Part shown: one piece after another, positions 47,812 through 58,849 of the stretch
Numbering within the stretch: the first letter of the stretch is position 1
Layout of the letters: each line of letters starts with the position of its first letter
Virus record (IMG/VR): IMGVR_UViG_3300024423_000001
Coordinates: 1-63,851 of that record
Direction: 5' to 3' (one strand)
Origin: a virus
Taxonomy: Duplodnaviria > Caudoviricetes
Length of the DNA stretch: 63,851 nucleotides
Translations under genes and position numbers: made by a program
The notes under the pieces: model-generated
The model's database searches: none
Seen by the model: the letters and a program-made list of their open reading frames with translations, nothing else
What the model was told of the DNA's origin: nothing

Positions 47812-50800
47812 CCTTTGACAGTTTGGCAGAAGAGTATTCAGAAAATATTGACGAGAGTGTTGGGCTGTGCGATTGGCTTGAGCGCGGGCCATTTGTTTAT
47901 TCGGCATTTGTAGTTGGCTCTGCAGTTCGTGTCGTTCGGCGAAGACGGATTGCTCCGACTGAGTCTGTGGAATGGGAGCTGAGCCTGTCAGGCAGTGTGG
48001 AAGATGTGAAGATCTCGCTGGATGCTGCGGATAATTTATTTGTCATCGTGCTTGATTACCATGATGGAAGGTATAGAGTAGGAGTCTGGGAGCATAGCGC
48101 AGCAGGATTCCGATTCCACGGGTACGCACTACAGTCTGCGTATCCTTTGCGATTACAAGCTTGTTTCTTCGACGTTCGTGGAAATTTCAGAATTGAATAC
48201 TTGGCATTTGACAGCTACTGTTGGCGGCTCGGGGTCGCTACGAAGGAGGCTGGTGCGGACTGGGTTTTGGCCTCATTCAGAACAAAGAACTTACTTTGCT
48301 ACGGGTCGTTGCGACCCGATAGAATTGGTGGGCAAATCAATACGCCGATCGCAGGCAATTTGTTCATGATTCTTGAGGACAGGCATGGTCGGGAGCCAGT
48401 TGCTGTTGGTAACCTTCAAGAGTCTTCGTACACAACAGTCGGAGATGGTGCAAGTGGTCTGCTCAGTAAGGTTCCTGGTTGGGAGGACTGGTTCTTCCTG
48501 AGTCATAACGAGTATACGCAGCGGGTAAAAAAGGATCTTACGGATTATAGCGCTCTTCATTGGACTGGTGGCGAGTATGTCCACGGGATAACGTGGCGAA
48601 AGGGTAAGATCTGGACAGTTGACTATAATTCTGCAGGTTATAATGCTGATGCTGTGGTTGCTATTGAAATAGATCCTGACGACTGGAGCTATACGAAACA
48701 CGATGTGTTTGGCGGGAGTTACGGGGAGCATGTCGATCCGCTCTGGATAACTTCGGTCGGTGAGGATCTTTATATCTCAGGTTATGGAAAGGGTTGGCTT
48801 TGTAAATGGAATCCCGACACAGGTGATAAGGTTAAGATCAAGTATCCTGAGGTTAAGGCGTGGTATGAAGAGTTCTGGCCAAATGCTGGCTGGAAGTTCG
48901 AGAATTTTTTGACTCCCATTCAGACTTATGAGCGGGCAGGTGTTCTTCGTTGTCTGACTCATACTTGGGCGTACCACGCATCCTTATCTTGGAATTTGCT
49001 AATAGACTTTGAGCATGATGATCCAACAAACTATCGAGTGCTTCGGTTGGATGGAGTTGAACCTGCCGGACACGATACAGAGTTCTTCTTTGTGTCCTAC
49101 CCCTATGTCTATCTTACAACCGGGAGAGTGCTGTTTCGAGTAGATCTTGTCCGCTGGTGTGTTGACAGGTCGGTTTATATAGGTGACCTCTACGGGTCTG
49201 GCGACTATCACTTTCCTGAGATTCGAACTGATGGTCATTATCTCTATCTTACCTGCCCTGGTAGCCATAAGATAGCGGTATTTACGTTCGATCTAAGGCG
49301 AGTAGCGATCGTTTCCGCAATAGATAATCCATATCACATGCTGATCGAGGAACCTTATATCTATTTTGAGGTTCCTCAGTCTCCATCGAAGTTCTGGAAG
49401 GGACGAGTGGGGTGGACGAACAAACCAACGCCCAAGATTGGACTCCTGAAGGATACTCGCTTGCCCTTGGGATCGACATTAGAGGAAAGTTCATCTGTAT
49501 CGGACTTCTCGCTCTCGCCTGCTCTCACAAAGAACCTTTACATTGCCGACTATAAAGAGTTTGGGCCGGTGGTTTCGCAGGATCAGCATTACATTTATGC
49601 CGTTCGGGATTCCCAATCTGAACCTTACATATATCAGTTCGACAAGGTAACCGGCTCAGCGAAACTCATAAGCTTACCGACCTCGGAGGTTATAGGCCCA
49701 CCTCGTGACATTATCTCAGATGGTAAGTATGTATATGCGGTTGCTGATCATGCGACCTCGCCAACGAATCGAGTGGTCGTTCATAGGTTTGGGGTCGAGG
49801 ATTTCTCGATAGCTTCGAAGGAGACTCTTGTCAGGCAATGGAGTGATGCAAGTGAAATCCATCTCACGTCGCTTGCGAAGGCTGGTGGTTTCCTTTACGT
49901 TGTAGGCTATGATGGTTCACCTTCTGGACGGCATCCTATTTTGCTCTTTGCTATTCGATGTGATTATAAGTCGGGCAATGAGGGAGTGCCTCAGGTAGAG
50001 TCTGTTCCTGAAGGCTACAAATTTCATCTCAAATATGGACAGCAATTTATTTCTCTGCCTGTGTATCCGTCTGTAACTTCGCCTGAAGGCCTGTTCGGTG
50101 CCGACGTCGAGGTTTGGCAGTATGATCCGGATATTGGTTGGTCTCGTCCGTCGCGGCTTGAACCAGGGCGAGGCTATCTTGTACGGTGCCCAAGCGATCG
50201 GACAATAACTGTTACGGGCTCGCCGTATACGGTTGATTGGACGAGTCTCGAGGGTTCGCTGAAGACTGGCTGGAATCTTGTCGGCATTGGAGAAGCCGCT
50301 GTGGAGATTGGTAATTATTATCACGACATTCAGGCATGGGACTTCGAAAGGAGTCAATACTTCCATAAGCGGAAGGGTGAGAAGCTGAAGGTCGGGCATG
50401 GTTACTGGATACGGAAGGATGGTAATTTTCGACGGATCCAACTCGATCAGACGATGTGGAACTTCAGACCATTTATCGTTGCACACGGCGATTGTCTCTA
50501 TATCGCAGGCACGGAGTGGTTATATCATTATCTAATCAAGATCCCGGTCAGCGAATTTGGAAAGGAAGTTCCAACGGTTTCTGCTGTAAGGTTCAGCACT
50601 GAGAAATATTCCAGCATACGCTCTAAGCCAATCGTCACCGACGATTATATCTTCCTTCACACGCTGACTGCTCTTGTCAGGCTTAATGCCGAAACTCTGT
50701 CGAAGGAGGCGGAAGTGGGGTTTGGCTATCCTGAATTGCTTGATTCGCTCACTTATGATCCAGTCTCAGACAGAGTGATTGCGAAGTATAGGGATGCTAA

Positions 50801-52559
50801 CGTTTTGTACATTACGAATCGTAATCTGGCAGGTGCTAAGTTAGGACTCGTGGGTATCAAGGCAGGATCAAGCGGGCCGATTTACTACGATGCTGACTGG
50901 TCGAGGGTCTTGTACTTCTTGCATCGGAACCCTTCGGTGGACTACGGGCATCTATACCAGTTCCAGATATTGCCTATAAGAGAGCTCGAGTTTCATCCTG
51001 ATCGAGTGGTCACTCGATTCTCAGATGGTTTGCCAGTGCCTTGGCGAGTTCTTTTAGATTCGTGTTCAGTTGGCTTGTCTCGGTCGCTGGAGGTAGGCAA
51101 AGTTATAGTCTTCTCTGTTATATGTGCTGTAAATAAGACTTGCTCTGTCTTTAAGTCCTTAGCTGCTGCCTTTGTCTCGAATATACAGTTATTGGCTTAC
51201 GATTGGCTTGGGCTTGTTGACTCAGTCTCGGTCTCTGTTGGTGTGTTGAGGCTTGCAATAGTGAAATCATTGTCTCTGGTGTGTCAGGTGTTAGAATCTG
51301 CTACGTTTCGAGTCAGACACGGGCTGAGTGAGCTCGTAAGCCTGACTGCGACATTCCTTGCCTACGATTGGCGAGGGCTTGTAGAATCGGTCTCTGTATC
51401 GCTTGATTTAACGGGGAAATATATTCGAGCATTAAGATCTGCATTCCTTTCAGTGGTGATCACTGTGAGAAGGAGATTCCTTAAGGGTCTGTTGTGGACA
51501 ACTCAAGAATGCAAGCCTACGTATCCAAAGATAGAAGAGATTACTGGGGGATTCAGGTACACTTTCAGGCAGGGTTCAAATTGGTTTACACCTTTGACGG
51601 AAGGCTGTTCACCCGAGGATTTCGGAGCGGATGTTGAGGTGTGGGCATGGGATCCGGCTACGGGCTGGTACCATCCAGATTCATTCGATTGCTCACGTCG
51701 GGGTTACTTGATGCGATGTCCTACCGTGCGCACTGTTGAAGTTACTGGCACTAAGTGCGCGGCGTTCTCTTGGGAGGATCTTAAGAATTCGCTTACTAAA
51801 GGAACTTGGAATCTAGTTGGTGTCTATTCAGACATAACGGTCGGGGATGCGGATAATCTTATCTTAGGTTATGACGAGGCAGAGGGGAAGTGGTGCCCTA
51901 TCGTCCAAGGCAGTATTCTCGAGCGGGGCCGTGCTTACTGGATATTAGAAGGCACACCCGGCGAGAAGCCTTTTGAAATCTCTATTAGGTTTAATGCTTG
52001 GGATTGGCTTGGTCTTAAGGAGAATGTTCCGCCGATCATAAAGCTGAGCAAGAACTTCCGGACTGGCTTTGCCGAGTCAATTGCGGTTGGAATTATAAGA
52101 AGAGTATATATTGCGACTACGATGGTTGCTGAGACTCTGAAGCTGACGTTAGGTCGGGCGTTCAGTGCGGTGTGTTCGCTCGCTGATGCCTGCCAGTTTG
52201 GTATCTTACGCTGGATTTCGACCTTGAAGTCATGCTGCTCGTCGTTGTATACCGAAACTATCTTGCGGAAGTTACCGGAACTTGCACGTTCGGATTCTGT
52301 TTGGGTGAGCATAACTAGGACTTCTGCTTACCTGCGTAAAGTTGTTCATGCTGAGGTTGTCAGGCTCAGCGATGTTCTAAGTTATGTGCCTATCAAGCGA
52401 CCTGTTGAAGCTTTGAGTGTCTCGGTTAATAGAGTCTTTGAGATTGTTTTCCGATTATTCTCAGAGCTGCCCTGTCGGTTGCGATGGAGACTGAGGATAT
52501 ACAACTTGTTGGCTGGCATACGAGTCTCCTCTCGCTTCAGGAAGTTGAACAGGAAGTAA
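47808..52559 (+). CDS. Giant (1583 aa) multidomain virion/adhesin protein
   Basis: Propeller-like regions, two FGADVEVW…GY…WNLVG domains, AYDW.GL repeats. Confidence 0.7.
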   Translation: MTFDSLAEEYSENIDESVGLCDWLERGPFVYSAFVVGSAVRVVRRRRIAPTESVEWELSLSGSVEDVKISLDAADNLFVIVLDYHDGRYRVGVWEHSAAGFRFHGYALQSAYPLRLQACFFDVRGNFRIEYLAFDSYCWRLGVATKEAGADWVLASFRTKNLLCYGSLRPDRIGGQINTPIAGNLFMILEDRHGREPVAVGNLQESSYTTVGDGASGLLSKVPGWEDWFFLSHNEYTQRVKKDLTDYSALHWTGGEYVHGITWRKGKIWTVDYNSAGYNADAVVAIEIDPDDWSYTKHDVFGGSYGEHVDPLWITSVGEDLYISGYGKGWLCKWNPDTGDKVKIKYPEVKAWYEEFWPNAGWKFENFLTPIQTYERAGVLRCLTHTWAYHASLSWNLLIDFEHDDPTNYRVLRLDGVEPAGHDTEFFFVSYPYVYLTTGRVLFRVDLVRWCVDRSVYIGDLYGSGDYHFPEIRTDGHYLYLTCPGSHKIAVFTFDLRRVAIVSAIDNPYHMLIEEPYIYFEVPQSPSKFWKGRVGWTNKPTPKIGLLKDTRLPLGSTLEESSSVSDFSLSPALTKNLYIADYKEFGPVVSQDQHYIYAVRDSQSEPYIYQFDKVTGSAKLISLPTSEVIGPPRDIISDGKYVYAVADHATSPTNRVVVHRFGVEDFSIASKETLVRQWSDASEIHLTSLAKAGGFLYVVGYDGSPSGRHPILLFAIRCDYKSGNEGVPQVESVPEGYKFHLKYGQQFISLPVYPSVTSPEGLFGADVEVWQYDPDIGWSRPSRLEPGRGYLVRCPSDRTITVTGSPYTVDWTSLEGSLKTGWNLVGIGEAAVEIGNYYHDIQAWDFERSQYFHKRKGEKLKVGHGYWIRKDGNFRRIQLDQTMWNFRPFIVAHGDCLYIAGTEWLYHYLIKIPVSEFGKEVPTVSAVRFSTEKYSSIRSKPIVTDDYIFLHTLTALVRLNAETLSKEAEVGFGYPELLDSLTYDPVSDRVIAKYRDANVLYITNRNLAGAKLGLVGIKAGSSGPIYYDADWSRVLYFLHRNPSVDYGHLYQFQILPIRELEFHPDRVVTRFSDGLPVPWRVLLDSCSVGLSRSLEVGKVIVFSVICAVNKTCSVFKSLAAAFVSNIQLLAYDWLGLVDSVSVSVGVLRLAIVKSLSLVCQVLESATFRVRHGLSELVSLTATFLAYDWRGLVESVSVSLDLTGKYIRALRSAFLSVVITVRRRFLKGLLWTTQECKPTYPKIEEITGGFRYTFRQGSNWFTPLTEGCSPEDFGADVEVWAWDPATGWYHPDSFDCSRRGYLMRCPTVRTVEVTGTKCAAFSWEDLKNSLTKGTWNLVGVYSDITVGDADNLILGYDEAEGKWCPIVQGSILERGRAYWILEGTPGEKPFEISIRFNAWDWLGLKENVPPIIKLSKNFRTGFAESIAVGIIRRVYIATTMVAETLKLTLGRAFSAVCSLADACQFGILRWISTLKSCCSSLYTETILRKLPELARSDSVWVSITRTSAYLRKVVHAEVVRLSDVLSYVPIKRPVEALSVSVNRVFEIVFRLFSELPCRLRWRLRIYNLLAGIRVSSRFRKLNRK

Positions 52560-52593
52560 GTTCGAGTTATGATTATGCGTGGGAGGTGGAGTC

Positions 52594-53103
52594 ATGAAAG
52601 ATAAAGTCGTGTATAAGGTTAGGACCCTCCTGAAGAAGTTCAAAGAGGACATCTCGCCCTATCGGGGCCGTGAGCACGAGTTCTATGCGAAGTTCAAGCC
52701 TTATGAGGTCGTCGAGAAGCACGGGAATGTATTGCTGAATGCTGGTATCGATGAGCTCTGGGACCTAGTAACTGGTGCAGGCGGTACTGCCTACGATAAT
52801 GCACATGCGCATATCGGTGTTGGTGATTCGAGTGCTGCGGCTGACGCTTCGCAGACTGATCTTCAGGGCACGAACAAGAAATGGAATCCGATGGATGCGG
52901 GCTATCCAACCTCTACGGATCAGAAGGCTACGTGGCGAGCGAGCTTTGCGGATGGCGATGCCAACTTCACGTGGAACGAGTGGGGCGTCTGTAATGCATC
53001 TGGCACAGGTGCTGGTGGCGTACTCTTGAATAGAAAAGTCGAGAACCTGGGCACGAAGAATGGTGGAACGTGGCAGCTCACAGTTGAAATTTCGCTCAGT
53101 TAA
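52594..53103 (+). CDS. Tail/fibre-associated structural protein (paralog of 43828-44277)
   Basis: NVLLNAG…IGVG…QTDL…E.GV.NA…LLNR…ISLS. Confidence 0.7.
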   Translation: MKDKVVYKVRTLLKKFKEDISPYRGREHEFYAKFKPYEVVEKHGNVLLNAGIDELWDLVTGAGGTAYDNAHAHIGVGDSSAAADASQTDLQGTNKKWNPMDAGYPTSTDQKATWRASFADGDANFTWNEWGVCNASGTGAGGVLLNRKVENLGTKNGGTWQLTVEISLS

Positions 53104-53221
53104 CCTCTTTTAGTTTGAGTTTAGCATCCACTTAAAGAAGTTCAGGTTTATGGAATCTTATCTCACATTGGGAGGGAGTTAAGGGATAATAGGTATTGAA
53201 TTCAGGAGATAGCAGTGTAGT

Positions 53222-56200
53222 ATGGGTTGGTTATCGGGATACCAATATAGGAAGAAAGTAACGATATCGGGTTCAAGTGGAGCTGGACAGTACTATCAGG
53301 TCAAACTGTCCATTGGTAGCTCGTCAGGTGGTGACTTCCATTTAGAGGGGCATTGTACGGACTTTCCCAATGACATACGGTTCACTGATGATGATGGCGA
53401 GACACTGTTGGACTACTGGATAGAAGATCCTACACAAGACCCGATTACGGTATGGGTCGAAGTCAAGGATAATCTGGATAATGACGTGGACATCTATTGT
53501 TACTATGGGAAAAGCGGTGCCAGTTCTGCGAGTGATAGCGAGGCGACTTTTGAGTTTTATGATGATTTTGAATTTGGAAGTTTGGTCTCATGGGATTATG
53601 GAGATTATGGATTTGGTGGTAATACGAATCCTGTTTTTGTGCATGATATAGATGGGGATGGACAGAAAGAGATAATTCTTGCGCGCCTGGAACATGAAAA
53701 CAAGCTTGTGGTTCTAAATCATGATGGAAGTCACAGGTTTACATTTACGGGCGATGATACCGATATAAGCTTTGATTACCATGCAATTGCATTTGCGGAT
53801 GTAAATGGTGATGGCAAAGATGAAATAATCTTTGGCTCTGATAAGGTATATGCGATTGATTATAATGGCAACGAGCTGTGGTCGTATGACCCGGAAACAT
53901 ACTATTATTATTCTGATTATTCTGGCAAGAACGTACGTGTGATAGCGTTAGATGCGGCAGATATTGACAATGATGGCGATATAGAGACAGTAGCGTTGAT
54001 ACACGATTCGTCTTCCGACCATTCTTCTCAAAACCAAGTAGTGGACTGCATAAAGAAAGATGGGTCGGGGAGAAAATGGAGATGGGGACCGACGACTGCC
54101 AATGCAGTCGCCCATTACCTTCTACTTGCACGATTAGATCAGTCGTCCAATTATTACCATATAATTTTCACAGATGCAAGCCAGCTATGGTGTCTCAAGC
54201 ATGATGGTACAGAACAGTGGCATAATACTGATGCTCATGACTCTGATATGCATATGGCTGTCAATGTAAATGAGTCATCGGATAATCTGGAAGTTCTTGC
54301 ATGCGGAAAGGATAAATTTTGTGCTATCAACCTTGATGGTTCAATGTACTGGTCATACAACACAGGACACACTCAAGAGTTCGATGTTGCAGATGTAAAT
54401 AACGATGGACATTATGAAATTGGTGTGTTTAATAACTATGATGACCATCTATTCATATTTTCTCATGATGGAAATAAGCTATATGATGGCTATGTCAGTG
54501 GAATAGGCTGGAATGGTCTTATAAATGCGGTCAAGGTGGATGGCAACTGGTATTTTGCGATTGGGGATAGATTGTATAACCATAATGGTTGCGTGGGCAA
54601 ATGTTTAAAGTTTATAGGTACAACGAAACACTTCAATTACAAACATCATATTTTTGGTTACTCTCCCGATTTTGATAATGATAATGCTGAGGAACTCATC
54701 GGGAATAGTTGTATTGGAGAAATTGAAATTGCCCCGTGGACTGCTCAGACTGGGTGCTTTGACCTTGTGGGAGAATCAGGGAACGGCATAGCGAAGGGAG
54801 TAACGAACGGAGCTAATCTTGTGACTCACAATATGGCAGATATAGGTGTTGGAAAGGCTATTAGGGCTAAAATTAGAGCTGATGATGATTATAGTGGTAC
54901 TGGAATTATCTTCGGTTACCAAGACTCTTCTAATTTCTATCATGTAAGAGTTGATAACGGGGAGGATGAACTCCAAATATACGAATGGGTTTCAGGCTCG
55001 GCAAGTAAAAAGGGAAGTGCATCAGTAACGATTAGCACAGGAACATGGTATGTCTTGGAAGCTATATGGAGCGGAGCGAATTCAATAGAAGCAAAGCTTT
55101 ATGATGTGGATGGAAATGAATTGGCATCAGCCTCTGCAACAATGACTGGAGGCTTCTCAAGCGGTAAAATAGGATTCAGAACTTATAATAGAGGCAGTTA
55201 TGATGATTTTCGTGTTCGCAAATACGCCGACCCGGAGCCAACATTCAGTAGTGCGAATGCAGAAGAGACAGGACCTATGCAGAAATCATCTTTGGATGCA
55301 GGTGCAGCGATTGATTCTACCAAGTTAGCAAGTTCAAACACACGTCCGGATGCAGGATTGGTTACTGAAATGCAAAGTGTTGGCTTATCTCAATTTGATG
55401 CGGGAGATGGGGTAGAGGTGCTATCGCTGGCTTCCATGTTTGAGATTATGGATTCGGGGCTTATAGTCGAAGGTGAATCTCTAATTGGAGAAATAGTTAG
55501 CATAGATGCGGGTTACTTTACAGACCTTGAGCTACTTGGGGTAATACTCTCAGTCCTCGAGTCAGGCGGTTTTGAAGAGTCAAGTCTTCTTGAGACGCTG
55601 CTATTGAAGTTCGCATCTGACTCATGTATTTCATTTGATTCAATGTCACTTGTCTCTTATTGCCTTGGTTCGGACTCAGTAATATCTGAAGAGGCTCGGA
55701 GTTTTCAATCCAGCTTTGAATCTCTTGACTCGGGATTTGTCATAGAATCCAGATTTATAGTCGGTCAAGTATTGAGTTTAGAGGTTAGCCTCGCAAGTGA
55801 GACTCGTTCGTTGGCAGGTATCCTTAGCGCTGTTGAACATGCGGATGGGATCGATTTAGCCGCGGTCTTCTCGGTGTTATTAGGGCTGGATCTCGGCGAG
55901 CCATTCGAATCGAGCTACCTACCGAGCCTAACTTACAAATCGTCCTCCGATTCGGGTATTCTTATTGATTCAGAGTTGGTTCACTCATTGATTAAAGTGG
56001 CTGAGAAAGCTCACTCAGCGACTGCGCGGCAGCTCGCAGCATCATCATCCTCGATGGATTTCGGATCGGTTTCGGACATGAAGCGGCTGACGTCTGGTCT
56101 AACCGGTTCGGATCTGAGTTCATTAGTGGATGTTTCTCGCTTAACGGTAATACTTAGTAGACCGGAGATAGCGGTTTACATTGAGGATAGACCATTGATT

Positions 56201-56485
56201 TCGGCAGCTGTGCTGGGCCGAGATAGGACAGTCAGTGAATCTCGGTCCGATATATTCAATTTACTTAAGAAATTGGAGACTGGGTCTCTGGTGGATTCCG
56301 GCTGGACACAGGCGGGCATAGTTGAGAAGCTGGTGACTGATGCTGGTTTGCTATCAGAATCGAGCGAGCGCGTGGAGACTGCGAAGAAGGTTGTTCTATT
56401 GGCTAAGGCTATTAAACTATGGTATTTTGCACGACGGGCAAGGCTTAATAATCAGATATTGGAGTTTGATGAAGGAGACCTTTGA
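53222..56485 (+). CDS. DUF2341-like adhesin with FG-GAP/VCBS-like repeats
   Basis: W…YRKK.TI…DIRFTD.DG…LDYWIE…YYG; D.DGDG..EI repeats; RVRKY..PEP. Confidence 0.8.
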   Translation: MGWLSGYQYRKKVTISGSSGAGQYYQVKLSIGSSSGGDFHLEGHCTDFPNDIRFTDDDGETLLDYWIEDPTQDPITVWVEVKDNLDNDVDIYCYYGKSGASSASDSEATFEFYDDFEFGSLVSWDYGDYGFGGNTNPVFVHDIDGDGQKEIILARLEHENKLVVLNHDGSHRFTFTGDDTDISFDYHAIAFADVNGDGKDEIIFGSDKVYAIDYNGNELWSYDPETYYYYSDYSGKNVRVIALDAADIDNDGDIETVALIHDSSSDHSSQNQVVDCIKKDGSGRKWRWGPTTANAVAHYLLLARLDQSSNYYHIIFTDASQLWCLKHDGTEQWHNTDAHDSDMHMAVNVNESSDNLEVLACGKDKFCAINLDGSMYWSYNTGHTQEFDVADVNNDGHYEIGVFNNYDDHLFIFSHDGNKLYDGYVSGIGWNGLINAVKVDGNWYFAIGDRLYNHNGCVGKCLKFIGTTKHFNYKHHIFGYSPDFDNDNAEELIGNSCIGEIEIAPWTAQTGCFDLVGESGNGIAKGVTNGANLVTHNMADIGVGKAIRAKIRADDDYSGTGIIFGYQDSSNFYHVRVDNGEDELQIYEWVSGSASKKGSASVTISTGTWYVLEAIWSGANSIEAKLYDVDGNELASASATMTGGFSSGKIGFRTYNRGSYDDFRVRKYADPEPTFSSANAEETGPMQKSSLDAGAAIDSTKLASSNTRPDAGLVTEMQSVGLSQFDAGDGVEVLSLASMFEIMDSGLIVEGESLIGEIVSIDAGYFTDLELLGVILSVLESGGFEESSLLETLLLKFASDSCISFDSMSLVSYCLGSDSVISEEARSFQSSFESLDSGFVIESRFIVGQVLSLEVSLASETRSLAGILSAVEHADGIDLAAVFSVLLGLDLGEPFESSYLPSLTYKSSSDSGILIDSELVHSLIKVAEKAHSATARQLAASSSSMDFGSVSDMKRLTSGLTGSDLSSLVDVSRLTVILSRPEIAVYIEDRPLISAAVLGRDRTVSESRSDIFNLLKKLETGSLVDSGWTQAGIVEKLVTDAGLLSESSERVETAKKVVLLAKAIKLWYFARRARLNNQILEFDEGDL

Positions 56486-56602
56486 GATTTGCCATGAGAC
56501 GCTCATATTTAGCCACAGTTGCAATTTTATTGAGTGGGCTATATCTTAATATCTCCGGAGTTAGATTTTGTCTTATACATACCAAATTTAGCCATAGACA
56601 AA

Positions 56603-57496
56603 ATGGGTGAAACAGTCGAGGTAGGTGAGTCGCTCAGGCTCCGAGCAGAGTTCTATGATTGGGACGGCGACCTGTTCGATCCTGATAGCGTTTATGTCTC
56701 TATTTGGAACAACTCAGGTTCAAAGGTCGTTGATCGGGCTAATGCCAACCGTCAGGCTCTTGGCTCTTACTACTACGATTACAATGTGCCTTCTGATCTC
56801 AACATTTCGTATGCTGAGCAGTGGACATACCTATTCGAGGGTGTGGTTGGCGAGTCGAAGATTCTGGATAGGGGCTACTTCACGGTCCTACCTCAAGTCT
56901 TGGTTCCACGATACTCTTCGGTTCTGGAGGTTGCGACGCTATTGCATCAGGACATAACAGACGAAACTACGCCATCCGAACAAGAGGTGGCTCGTTGGTT
57001 AGTTGCGAAGGAGCGGTATATTGACGAGTTACTGAATACCTCCTTCACGAAGAGAACTACAACTAATGAGATTCATACACTCGACGTTCGGACACCTCAG
57101 GCGATAGGTTGGATTCCGGTCTTTCTTAATCACCGACCAGTTCAGCGGATAACCAAGTTCGAGTACCGATATTGGTGGTGGGGTGACTGGACAGAAGACA
57201 GCGAAGGTAACATCTGGCGACTTGAGGATAACGTCCTAAAAGTCCGTCGTATCTGGTGGTGGGGTCGTAGGTACGATATTCGAGTGTCCTATGAGTGGGG
57301 TTATTCAGAGGTGCCAGCGGACATTCGTGAACTTTGCACAAAACTCGTGGTCGTGGACATCTTGCAGAGCGAAGCCTACCAGCATTTGTTGCCAGCAGGT
57401 ATGAATTCGGTAATAGAGATAGCGCAGCGAGCGGAGAACTATCGAGATGATTGTCGTGCAATTATTCAGCGTCGAAAGGAGGCGAGTCTGATATGA
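56603..57496 (+). CDS. Head-tail connector-like protein with N-terminal Ig-like domain
   Basis: YSSV.EV…L…YID…; Y.WGY.EVPADI. Confidence 0.65.
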   Translation: MGETVEVGESLRLRAEFYDWDGDLFDPDSVYVSIWNNSGSKVVDRANANRQALGSYYYDYNVPSDLNISYAEQWTYLFEGVVGESKILDRGYFTVLPQVLVPRYSSVLEVATLLHQDITDETTPSEQEVARWLVAKERYIDELLNTSFTKRTTTNEIHTLDVRTPQAIGWIPVFLNHRPVQRITKFEYRYWWWGDWTEDSEGNIWRLEDNVLKVRRIWWWGRRYDIRVSYEWGYSEVPADIRELCTKLVVVDILQSEAYQHLLPAGMNSVIEIAQRAENYRDDCRAIIQRRKEASLI

Positions 57497-57915
57497 GAGT
57501 TCTAGATTCATTCAAGAGCTATTGGCAGAATGTGTTCGAAACTCGATACCTGGACACTGAGTGGAAGAGCAGGCAGCGGGTTTATTGGAATATCAATGAA
57601 GTTAAGACTCTCGATCTCAGGAACTATACCTCGTTCGTATTCAATGTTGCCAATGAGGCAGTCGAGGTCGTAGGGCTGGGTTATAAGGCAAGGAAGCGCA
57701 CATGGCTGGCTGAGATGTCAGTATATTCTTCAATTCCCGAAGAGTTGGATACCATTGAGGAAATAGTCCTGGATACGTTATTCAGCGGTGGAGGTCGTGA
57801 TCCGTTTGCTGGTGTAGATATCATGAAACTTGAGCGAGTGGAGTTCAATCTCGAAGAAACCCATGCTGTAATCTATCCCACATTTGAGTTCAGTCTCGTC
57901 AAGTTCTACGAGTAG
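57493..57915 (+). CDS. Probable tail terminator/completion protein
   Basis: Position and size. Confidence 0.5.
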   Translation: MRVLDSFKSYWQNVFETRYLDTEWKSRQRVYWNINEVKTLDLRNYTSFVFNVANEAVEVVGLGYKARKRTWLAEMSVYSSIPEELDTIEEIVLDTLFSGGGRDPFAGVDIMKLERVEFNLEETHAVIYPTFEFSLVKFYE

Positions 57916-57949
57916 TTAGAGTTCAATTAGTGCAAAGAGGTGGTGAACG

Positions 57950-58849
57950 ATGGTCAAAGTCTTTATGCGGGAGACTACCCAGGTTGGCTGGGGGGAGGAG
58001 TCGAGTCCCGGTTCCGCACCAGGTTCGTTCTATCTTATACCGGGTCATATATTGACAATCGAAACTCCTGAACCCGAAATGGAGTTCGAGCCGAAGTATT
58101 GGGAGAACAAGTTCGTGCCTGGTCTGGTGATTCCTGTTCGGAAGACAGTGCGTGGCAGGATCCGATTCGAACCTTATTCAGCTTCGTTCTTTAAGATGGC
58201 GCTTGGAACGTCTTCGGTTGCTGGCGGTGTTACGACCTACAAGATAGCGCATCCACTACCTTCATTCTCGTTAGAGATCTACAATTCTGCCGAGTCCAAT
58301 GTCAAGCGTCAGTATCGAGGCATGTATGTCAATCGAGCAAGGTTTGCGGCTGAAGAAGGTGGAGTCTTTACAGCAGAGTTCGAGATAATGGGGTTGAAGC
58401 CTCCGGTAGACTCGTGGACGACCCCGAGTGGAAGTCGAAAGGATCTTGCTACTGCCCACGACACGATCGTGACGATTGGAGGTAGTGAATATCAGATCAC
58501 CCGGTGGGAATTTGAAATCAACAATAATCTCGAGGAAAAGAGGTATCAGAAATCGAATGCTGGTGATGGCTATCCAACCGTGATCGTGGACAAGCGTAGA
58601 GAGATAACAGGCAGGTTGACCGTGAACCCTTCGGATCGGAAGGTTCTTGATTATCTACTGAACCAGACTGAGATAGACGTGGTGGCAACAGTTGCTCGTG
58701 ATGCTGCGACCGACTATTGCAAGATCACTGCGAAGAACGGTAAGGTTCGAACAGCACCGCATCCAGTTCCAGAGGAAGGCTTAACTGAGACTGAAGTTAA
58801 TTTGGTCTTTAAGGATTTGGAGATTGAGGCTAAAGGTGATTTCGCATGA
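57950..58849 (+). CDS. Major tail tube protein
   Basis: GEES.PG…LPSFSLE…YRGM.V…EINNNLE…REITG; precedes chaperone and tape measure genes. Confidence 0.8.
   Translation: MVKVFMRETTQVGWGEESSPGSAPGSFYLIPGHILTIETPEPEMEFEPKYWENKFVPGLVIPVRKTVRGRIRFEPYSASFFKMALGTSSVAGGVTTYKIAHPLPSFSLEIYNSAESNVKRQYRGMYVNRARFAAEEGGVFTAEFEIMGLKPPVDSWTTPSGSRKDLATAHDTIVTIGGSEYQITRWEFEINNNLEEKRYQKSNAGDGYPTVIVDKRREITGRLTVNPSDRKVLDYLLNQTEIDVVATVARDAATDYCKITAKNGKVRTAPHPVPEEGLTETEVNLVFKDLEIEAKGDFA

Noticed and set aside
53222-56485. Diversity-generating retroelement target
   Set aside because: No reverse transcriptase or template/variable repeat pair seen.
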